Source of the DNA: Candidatus Thorarchaeota archaeon
Lineage (GTDB): Archaea > Asgardarchaeota > Thorarchaeia > Thorarchaeales > Thorarchaeaceae
Length of the DNA: 64,000 nt
Assembly (NCBI GenBank): GCA_004524445.1
Contig: SDNP01000009.1
Span: 26,069-90,068, forward strand
Direction: 5' to 3'
The notes under the pieces are model-generated. The model saw only the letters and a list, made by a program, of their open reading frames with translations, searched no databases and was not told the origin of the DNA. Positions 56,792 to 64,000 of the stretch are shown in pieces. Position 1 is the first letter of the stretch; each line of letters opens with the position of its first letter. Made by a program: the position numbers and the translations under genes.

Positions 56792-58618
56792 TTGAGGGGC
56801 GAAATACTTCAGCTAAGTGTTCTTTTGTTGCTTCTTTCAGCAAGCATTTCTCACTATCACATCATAGATTATCAGGTTTCTGAGAGCCTTTATTCCGGGC
56901 CATATCTCGATAGCATTCGTTACACATTCATAGAAGGTGAGGATCAGTTATTTCTAGCAATCACGGATAACGAGATTGACATGATTGGTGATTCAATAGA
57001 TCCCAATTTTGTCATCCCTCTAGAAGATTCTTCCATAGAGGTGAGCAAGCGGTATAGAAATGGCTATGGATATATGGCACTAAATTGCGAGAAGTACCCA
57101 TTCAACATTTCTGAATTCAGGCAGGCGATAGCCTATGCAATTGACAAGGAATTGATTTGCGATGACATATGGGATGGTTTGGCGTCGCCGCATGATTCGC
57201 TCTTGCCTAGAAACAACCCATTCTCAATCGAAGGTAGTGCACCAATTTCGTATTATGAAGATAATAACGAGAGTGCCATAACCATTTTTGATTCATTGGG
57301 CTTTCTTGATACGGATTCAGATGGATTTCGAGAGCTTCCAAATGGAAGTGAGTTTGATGTTCGGATTGATTATGCATCGACATCGAATATGGCAGCTGAA
57401 ATATGCCAGCTGTTCGAGCAAACTCTCCAGAGTCTGGATATTAATGCCACTGCAATCCCTTACGATTGGTACATATATCCCACAGAATACCCAGAGTACT
57501 TCGAAGACTTTGACATGGTTTTCGCAAGTCGCAACTTCCCATCCTTCGATTTGAGATGGATGAAGTATCCGAACCCAGCTGTTAGCCCAGTTTTTGGAAT
57601 CAATGTAAGCTGGTCCAACTCATCCTACGACGAATGGGCAAATCAGCTTACCTCTTCGGTGACATATACGGAGGTCGAAGATGCTGCCGCAGAGATGCAG
57701 AAGATATGGTTGGAAGAATGCCCTCTCATAATCTGCTACCAAAACCATATTTTCCATGCTCATAGAACTGACAGATTCACAGGTTTCGTCAATGATGCTT
57801 TGAGTGGGATTCCAGATTTCTGGACGAATTACAGGGTGCGGCTGAACTTGAAACCTTTGGGACAACAAGGCGGAACTCTTCGATGGGGTCTGCCCTTAGA
57901 ACCTGATACATTCAATCCTCTGGTCAGCTCTTCACAGTATACTTGGGACATTCTTGATATGCTCTATGACAGCTTGATGAAGAGGTCTCCTTCTGGCAAC
58001 ACTATTCCCTGGTTGGCAGCCAATTATACCTTTACTACTTTTGAGGACAATCAGGCTATTCCGGAAGGTCATTGCCAAATAGCTTTCGATATTCTTGATA
58101 ATGCCACCTGGTCAAACGGCGATCCTCTCACAGCCGAAGATATCAGAGACTCGTTGCTACATTATCGAAATTCGTACTATTTCGATGGAACCCCTCTGAT
58201 GCCCGAGCTTCAGCCATTGGTTGCTGCATATACCCTCGCCACAAATCAGCTCGTCTTGGAATTCAATACAACTTCATACTGGCACTTATACACAGTAGGT
58301 TACAAGCCAATTCTGCATAGTTTATCCTTACAGCAACTAGGGCTGGAGGATTGGCATGATTGGAAACCAGCCCCCCAGGCGGATGAATATGTCACTTCTG
58401 GTCCTTTTGTTGTGGACGAATTCGTGCCGGGAGAGTACATTCTGCTTATCCGGAATCCTTCCTATTTCTATCAACCGGCCCTCAATGATACGGCTTCAAA
58501 TGATTCCTCAGGATTCTTCGGCATATCAAGCCTGCAACAATTGGCTATATTTGGCACCTTAGCCACAGTAACGATTGCCGCAGTTGTCATCATAATCCGT
58601 AGAAAGGAAGATTCATAG
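56792..58618 (+). CDS. ABC transporter peptide-binding protein (family 5), C-terminally anchored, no adjacent permease
   Basis: FRQAIAYAIDK, DSDGFRE, TFNP, LYDSL, WSNGDPLTAEDI, SGPF, RNP.Y. Confidence 0.88.
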   Translation: MRGEILQLSVLLLLLSASISHYHIIDYQVSESLYSGPYLDSIRYTFIEGEDQLFLAITDNEIDMIGDSIDPNFVIPLEDSSIEVSKRYRNGYGYMALNCEKYPFNISEFRQAIAYAIDKELICDDIWDGLASPHDSLLPRNNPFSIEGSAPISYYEDNNESAITIFDSLGFLDTDSDGFRELPNGSEFDVRIDYASTSNMAAEICQLFEQTLQSLDINATAIPYDWYIYPTEYPEYFEDFDMVFASRNFPSFDLRWMKYPNPAVSPVFGINVSWSNSSYDEWANQLTSSVTYTEVEDAAAEMQKIWLEECPLIICYQNHIFHAHRTDRFTGFVNDALSGIPDFWTNYRVRLNLKPLGQQGGTLRWGLPLEPDTFNPLVSSSQYTWDILDMLYDSLMKRSPSGNTIPWLAANYTFTTFEDNQAIPEGHCQIAFDILDNATWSNGDPLTAEDIRDSLLHYRNSYYFDGTPLMPELQPLVAAYTLATNQLVLEFNTTSYWHLYTVGYKPILHSLSLQQLGLEDWHDWKPAPQADEYVTSGPFVVDEFVPGEYILLIRNPSYFYQPALNDTASNDSSGFFGISSLQQLAIFGTLATVTIAAVVIIIRRKEDS

Positions 58619-58643
58619 TTTGAGGTGGTTCCACAATTGTCGT

Positions 58644-59342
58644 CTACTGAAACTGCCGGCTTATCATGTCAGCAACCGTTTCCTGTGGCAAAATCTCCCG
58701 TGATACAATCTGAAGGGTTTCATCTTGAAAGATGCCATCTCGAACTATCTCTTCTCCAGCCTTTATGGTGGCTTGAATGATGTCAGTTAAGTCCATACCC
58801 TGCTTCATCAACATTGGCAGTGCCCAGGCATATGGTCGTACGACCGCCCCCACAAATTCTCGCTGCATATTCTTTGCCATCGCCCTCACATGGGCTATCA
58901 AGGGGTCAAAATTGTCTAATTCCGCGAATCCACACACAGAAACCAACACAATCTTTCCATTGGGAATGGAGTGTCGAGGCGGATGTCTACAGTGGCCATT
59001 GATTATCTCAACTTTCCCTCTCATCAGGGGAATCATACGATCCAGCATAGTCTTCATAATACCGGTCATGCCATCAACATAGACTGGAGTGCCCAATACG
59101 ATGGTCTCGGTATCCTTCACCCGGTCATAAATAGGCCCCATGTCATCATCTTGAATACATTCACCTGGAGTGCCTATCCAGCAGTTGAAGCAACCGGTAC
59201 AGGGCTCGATGTCCAACTTGTGCACGTATATGACTTCTACCTCTGCGCCGGCATTCTTTGCCCCCTCCAAGAAGTACTCCATGAAACCAGCAGTGGCTCC
59301 CTGCTCCATGTTCGGGCTCCCATTGAATGCTAAAATCTTCAT
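58644..59342 (-). CDS. Flavodoxin family / iron-sulfur flavoprotein
   Basis: NGSP, CTGCFNC...C..DD, TPVY, K..LDR. Confidence 0.9.
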   Translation of the reverse strand: MKILAFNGSPNMEQGATAGFMEYFLEGAKNAGAEVEVIYVHKLDIEPCTGCFNCWIGTPGECIQDDDMGPIYDRVKDTETIVLGTPVYVDGMTGIMKTMLDRMIPLMRGKVEIINGHCRHPPRHSIPNGKIVLVSVCGFAELDNFDPLIAHVRAMAKNMQREFVGAVVRPYAWALPMLMKQGMDLTDIIQATIKAGEEIVRDGIFQDETLQIVSREILPQETVADMISRQFQ

Positions 59343-59473
59343 GCATTACCCATGAGAAGGCTTACTCATCAAGTTACCGCCCCAATTAAAGAGAGGAGAA
59401 CTGACGAAGAACTTTAATAACTGTGAACAACCCCCAACATGCTAAGCGCTGCCAACTCATAGGTGGAAATACA

Positions 59474-60040
59474 ATGGTTACAGCCCTGTTTAAGATAGTT
59501 CTCATGGGCGACGGCTCGGTAGGCAAGACCAGTCTGAGGCGTACGTACATGGGTGAAGGCTTCAAGGCTCAGTATATGATCACTATCGGTGCTGATTTTG
59601 CAGTCAAGAAGATGCAGTTGGAAGGCGGGCACGACGTCAGCATTCAGATTTGGGACCTGGCAGGTCAGGAGCATTTCAAGAGCGTTAGGTCAACATTCTA
59701 CAAAGGGGCACAGGGTGCACTTGCGGTCTACTCCACAGTTGAGAGGCAGTCATACGAGAACATCAAGAACTGGTTGGACGAGTGCTGGACAAATGCAGGG
59801 AAGAAAATTCCCATAGTTCTTATTGGTAATAAAATCGATCTTAGACAGCAGTTCGAGGACAATCCAGCCATGAGACAGACAATTGTTACCACTGAGGAGG
59901 GGCAGCGGCTGGCTGATGATATAGCATCAAACGGCGTGCATACGTCATTCATCGAAACGTCTGCTAAAACCGGTGAAAATGTTGAAGCATCCTTTCTGGA
60001 GCTAGCAATAAAGATTCTTGAGGCTGGCGGCTTGGCCTAA
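59474..60040 (+). CDS. Rab-like small GTPase
   Basis: GDGSVGKTS, TIGADF, IWDLAGQ, FYKGA, GNKID, ETSAK. Confidence 0.93.
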   Translation: MVTALFKIVLMGDGSVGKTSLRRTYMGEGFKAQYMITIGADFAVKKMQLEGGHDVSIQIWDLAGQEHFKSVRSTFYKGAQGALAVYSTVERQSYENIKNWLDECWTNAGKKIPIVLIGNKIDLRQQFEDNPAMRQTIVTTEEGQRLADDIASNGVHTSFIETSAKTGENVEASFLELAIKILEAGGLA

Positions 60041-60131
60041 TCGAGATTTCTGCTCCTTTGAGTCTGTCTTCATAATGTTTTTAGATGCACCCAAATCAGT
60101 CAGTACTAGTATTGATTCTGCGGTGACTTGG

Positions 60132-61259
60132 ATGGAAGACAATCAACTGTCATTGTTCTTACAGAGAAAGACATTGAAGCCCGAGGCTAAGCATGGTGAC
60201 GAGATTACAAGACGCTTCTCAATGAACAAAGTTGGCAGGATGTTTGCTGCCGCCATGCAAGATAGGACCATCCGTCTCTATGATGCCAAGACATGCGACG
60301 AGATGCAACGTGTACAGGATGAACATCTAACAACAGCCATTGACTTCAGTCCCCGCGGAGATATTGTAGCAACAGGAAGTGTGGGTCGCCTTGTCAAACT
60401 CTGGGATATCAAATCGGGGGATTTGATGGGTACTATGGAAGGGCATGACTATCCCGTTCTCTCCCTCTCCTTCTCGCCTGATGGAGATAAATTGGTCTCC
60501 GGGAGCGGAGACACCACACTGCGAATTTGGAATGTTGATAATCAAAGATTCATTCGAGAGATGAAAGGACACACGCTCTATGTTGTGAGTTGTGATTGGG
60601 ACCCTGTAGGAGACCGAATTGTCTCATCATCAATCGATTCGACTATTCGCGAGTGGAATGCATCTAGTGGTGAATTGCTTGCCGAACATGAAGATCACCG
60701 GACCGCTGTTCATCAGGTCCTATTCAATAAGGATGGTTCACTCTTGGCGTCTGGCTCCTCGGACCACAGCATCATTCTTTGGAACACAGATGGTGAACTC
60801 TCTCCTATGGAAACGCTCATGGGACATAATGAGGAAGTACGTGCCATCTCATTCAGCAATAATGGAAAGTACTTGGCCTCTGGATCTAGCGACAAAGAAC
60901 TCTATGTGTGGTCGGTAGATGACTATAGCATTCAAGGTCAAGCGAGGACCGCGGGGGAAATTGATGGATTGGAGTGGTATCCAAATGAGCTTGCCTTCAT
61001 CAGTTCTGATGGGACCGGTGCGATTCTTCGCTGGGATGTACGTGAACTTGAAGCCATGTTGAGTCCGTTTCAGAATCTGCTTGATGAAATCAAGGCAAAT
61101 GAGGACGAGAGCAAAAAGACTGAATTCATTGAACGCTTCAAGGAGATACAATCACAGTATGATGAAGAAACATTGAGAGACAAGCGACTCTTCTACATTA
61201 TGTGGCAGTGTAAGAGAGAATTAGGCTTACTAAAAGGGAAGATTCGAAAAAGACGATAA
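60132..61259 (+). CDS. WD40 beta-propeller protein with C-terminal helical domain
   Basis: Repeats such as GH..PVLSLSFSPDGDKLVSGSGDTTLRIWN; start after GCGGTGA. Confidence 0.92.
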   Translation: MEDNQLSLFLQRKTLKPEAKHGDEITRRFSMNKVGRMFAAAMQDRTIRLYDAKTCDEMQRVQDEHLTTAIDFSPRGDIVATGSVGRLVKLWDIKSGDLMGTMEGHDYPVLSLSFSPDGDKLVSGSGDTTLRIWNVDNQRFIREMKGHTLYVVSCDWDPVGDRIVSSSIDSTIREWNASSGELLAEHEDHRTAVHQVLFNKDGSLLASGSSDHSIILWNTDGELSPMETLMGHNEEVRAISFSNNGKYLASGSSDKELYVWSVDDYSIQGQARTAGEIDGLEWYPNELAFISSDGTGAILRWDVRELEAMLSPFQNLLDEIKANEDESKKTEFIERFKEIQSQYDEETLRDKRLFYIMWQCKRELGLLKGKIRKRR

Positions 61260-61295
61260 TTGTCCGTGACCTCAGAAAGGAGTCGATATCAGAGT

Positions 61296-61829
61296 CTAAT
61301 CTACTTGGACTGATTCCACCATGACTTCACAAAGATTCGTGTAGGCATCTTCTACATTCTTTCCCGTAAGGGCACTTGATTCAACATAGATGTGATCGTG
61401 CTTTTCTGCCCACTCTTTCCCTTCTTCGGTTGTGACGACCCGGCTCTCTTCCAGATCGACTTTGTTTGCCACAACTATCAGGGGGATCTCGCGTCCGAGG
61501 TTCTTGAAGCACTCATCCTTCCAGTTTTTGATATTGAGAAATGTTCTTCTCCTGGTCACATCATATACAAGAAGCCCGCCTCTGGCACCCCTATAGAACC
61601 CCTGCCTTACTACTTCAAATCTTGGCTGTCCCGCCAGATCCCATACCTGCAGAGTCACCGTTGCGTCCCTTTCGGGCATCTCGACTTTCTTAATGGCAAA
61701 ATCAGACCCAATGGTCCGCTTGTAGTCGGATTGGAAATGTTGTTGTGTGAATCGAACAGTAAGTGCGGTCTTTCCGACAGCACCATCGCCCAACATGACA
61801 ATCTTGAAGCGGTATTCAGCTGACATCAC
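61296..61829 (-). CDS. Rab-like small GTPase
   Basis: GDGAVGKT, TIGSDF, VWDLAGQ, FYRGA, LVYDVT, NKVD, ESSAL. Confidence 0.93.
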   Translation of the reverse strand: MMSAEYRFKIVMLGDGAVGKTALTVRFTQQHFQSDYKRTIGSDFAIKKVEMPERDATVTLQVWDLAGQPRFEVVRQGFYRGARGGLLVYDVTRRRTFLNIKNWKDECFKNLGREIPLIVVANKVDLEESRVVTTEEGKEWAEKHDHIYVESSALTGKNVEDAYTNLCEVMVESVQVD

Positions 61830-62004
61830 AAGACACTTCCTGTTGCCTGAGGGTATAGAGAAGACCTATTAAAATATCGTATGGCAAATGGCGTTCTGTT
61901 GGAGGAATCAAGTTGAAACTTTCATAAAACCTAATAAGTTCCAGACCTATACTGGACTATTGAAATCACGACTTATACAGCAAGAAAATGGGGGGTTTCA
62001 AGAA

Positions 62005-62856
62005 ATGGCGGTTGCGGCTCCGAGCTATGGTCTATTCACGGCGATTGTTCTGTTTCTTATCTTTTCGCTTTATTTCAATCCATGGAATAGAAAGCTCAGA
62101 AACCCTCGAAACTCTCTGCTACTGATAATCGTGACAACGTCGTTAGCAATTCCGCTTCAAGTCTGGTACAACTATGATGTGGCTGCATATAATACAGGTT
62201 CGACCTATTTGTCGAATCTCTACGTAAATGCTTCACTATTGCCGGGTGAGAAATATGAAATACACCACGTGTCAAACTGGTATGCAGAGCGGGGGGCTCT
62301 CCTGGAAATATCAAATGAATCGCAAGGCATCATATTCTACCTAGTTGACGAGAATATACGAGGTACACGTTTCAACGAATTTCGTCTGAACGAATCTATG
62401 TTTGGATTCGACTATCCCCATGCTTGGTTTGGATTCAAACTACCCTATTATCGTACATCCCTCTTTCAAATAGCAAACTGGACGGTTTGTTTCTCCAATC
62501 CACTTGCGAATGAGACAATTCCTCTAAAACTCCGTGGAGTATGGATAGAGGACTCAGGAAATCTCGCAAGTTGGAGTGTATATCATCCACGTACACAACC
62601 TGTTGTCGCTCTGTTATGTCTGTGGATATTCGTTCCATTGATACTAATGGCGACCAATAGTGTCAGTATACATCAATTGGTTGAGAATCTACGTTTATTG
62701 ATACCCGCCATGCTTCTGGTTGTGATTTACTTGCTTCTTTCTCTTCCATTTATCAGTAGTATCATTTTCTTTGATTTGTACCTCGTCTTTCCATTGCCAA
62801 TCGTTTCTCTGGTTCTATACTACGTCATCAAGAAACAAGAAGATACAACCCAGTGA
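62005..62856 (+). CDS. Hypothetical multi-pass membrane protein
   Basis: Two N-terminal TM helices, a soluble domain with NxS/T sequons, three C-terminal TM helices. Confidence 0.7.
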   Translation: MAVAAPSYGLFTAIVLFLIFSLYFNPWNRKLRNPRNSLLLIIVTTSLAIPLQVWYNYDVAAYNTGSTYLSNLYVNASLLPGEKYEIHHVSNWYAERGALLEISNESQGIIFYLVDENIRGTRFNEFRLNESMFGFDYPHAWFGFKLPYYRTSLFQIANWTVCFSNPLANETIPLKLRGVWIEDSGNLASWSVYHPRTQPVVALLCLWIFVPLILMATNSVSIHQLVENLRLLIPAMLLVVIYLLLSLPFISSIIFFDLYLVFPLPIVSLVLYYVIKKQEDTTQ

Positions 62857-63071
62857 ATTAGATTATCGAATCGAAGAAGGATTGTTACAAAACAAAATCA
62901 CTTGGCAAGACGGAAACTCAAATACTGCATCGAGGATTCTCGGGCATTCACCGATTTAGGTAGTCCTGAGGGCTCGACGACTAGTCTTAGTCAAGAACGA
63001 TTGATTACACTATCATTTAATAGGGATATGGGATTTCTTTCTATTGTTGCACAATTCTGGAGTGAAAGCGA

Positions 63072-63458
63072 ATGGAACGACCTGATTACAGCACCCTTGC
63101 ATCAATCTTGGAAGAGATGAACAAGGAGGGCGAATTCACCGCCTCTGTACTTGCTAGAGATGACGGGCTACTTATGGCATCTGCTGCCTCGCCAAAGACA
63201 AATCGAGAGGTCATTGCTGCGATGTCTGGGTTTGTTGCCTCAACAGTGGAACGAATGCGCGACGAGTTGGGTCTCGGTCAACTAAGGGATATATCTGTCC
63301 GCTGCTCAATGGGCAAGGCTGTATTCAAAAAGATTGCATCACAGGGGGAACAAGCACTCCTTATTGCGGCTATCATGCCAAGAAATGTTCGGTATCATCT
63401 TCGACCTATCGGCAAGGCTGCAACCAGAATCAGGCATGTCCTTGGATATTCTGATTAG
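63072..63458 (+). CDS. Roadblock/LC7 protein
   Basis: SVLARDDGLLMAS, VIAAMSG, ELGLG. Confidence 0.85.
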   Translation: MERPDYSTLASILEEMNKEGEFTASVLARDDGLLMASAASPKTNREVIAAMSGFVASTVERMRDELGLGQLRDISVRCSMGKAVFKKIASQGEQALLIAAIMPRNVRYHLRPIGKAATRIRHVLGYSD

Positions 63459-63550
63459 CTATCATTGGTACGGTTCATGCATGCAAAAAGATTCAAGTGA
63501 TATAGTCATATAGTAATTCTACGCTTATTTCGGTCCAGGAGTGCGCTGTA

Positions 63551-63877
63551 TTGGCAAAAGGGGACAAAGACACCTCAAAAGATGACGACAACAATGCTGT
63601 TGAGATTGTCTTCTTCAAGTCTGATTCGTGTGCCTTCTGTCCGAGAGCTGAAGAAGTGATAACGGATATGATGGAGGATTTTGGAGAGTCCGCCCTGAAA
63701 CTAACGATTATCAACGTATCTGAGAATCCAGAGACCGCAGAAGACTATGGAGTCTTCGCCTTGCCAACCACCATGATTGGCGGAGTGTCAGTGACAGGTA
63801 TTCCAGAACCAGAGATATTGATGAAGATGATTCTTGGTTCTAAGATCTCCAGCAGAAGAGGTGTATTCAGTGAGTGA
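63551..63877 (+). CDS. Thioredoxin-fold protein (CAFC)
   Basis: [32 protein letters not shown]. Confidence 0.85.
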   Translation: MAKGDKDTSKDDDNNAVEIVFFKSDSCAFCPRAEEVITDMMEDFGESALKLTIINVSENPETAEDYGVFALPTTMIGGVSVTGIPEPEILMKMILGSKISSRRGVFSE

Positions 63878-64000
63878 ATTTGAAATCGAACGCATAAAGA
63901 CAGGCATCACGGGCCTTGATGATTTGATTGAAGGTGGATTTCCCCGTGGCGACATTATTCTGGTTGCAGGGAAGGCAGGAACCGGAAAGACGATCTTCGC
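63870..64000 (+). CDS. KaiC/RecA-superfamily ATPase, 3'-truncated by window edge
   Basis: Not in the ORF track; GTG start translates to [43 protein letters not shown] (Walker A). Confidence 0.85.
   Translation, partial: MSEFEIERIKTGITGLDDLIEGGFPRGDIILVAGKAGTGKTIF

Noticed and set aside
1-64000. Many 60-155 aa ORFs antisense or out of frame to recognised genes; CRISPR arrays; rRNA
   Set aside because: The shadow ORFs lack motifs and overlap confident genes; no spaced direct repeats or rRNA-like sequence seen

Overview
Gene-dense archaeal chromosome segment, most likely from an Asgard archaeon (Thorarchaeia-like). This is inferred from two Rab-like GTPases, an MglA-like GTPase, two roadblock proteins, a WD40 protein, a longin-V4R fusion, eS26 and a divergent stand-alone EF-2. 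Housekeeping content: archaeal CoA pathway (coaBC, pantoate kinase, phosphopantothenate synthetase, panE), intron-containing tRNA-Gln(CTG), ileS, tetraether synthase, a polyprenyl diphosphate synthase, tgtA, hflX and PolB2. The best candidate for an undescribed system is a co-directional C1 cluster, metV-metF-mtrH-mtrA(soluble)-mtrH-methanogenesis marker 14-cofE-larC. It looks like a cytoplasmic corrinoid methyl relay with its own ASKHA ATPase and has no membrane Mtr subunits. Other leads: an operon of two paralogous 3-TM proteins plus a longin-V4R fusion; a roadblock/thioredoxin/KaiC-like module; a surface phospholipase C-like gene divergent from an ABC importer; four hand-folded intergenic RNA structures (one with riboswitch-like alternative pairing upstream of coaBC, one uORF/hairpin leader on the EF-2 gene); and a gene broken by two in-frame TAA codons. 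No CRISPR array, rRNA, transposase or integrase was seen. All calls come from motif recognition by eye, not database searches.
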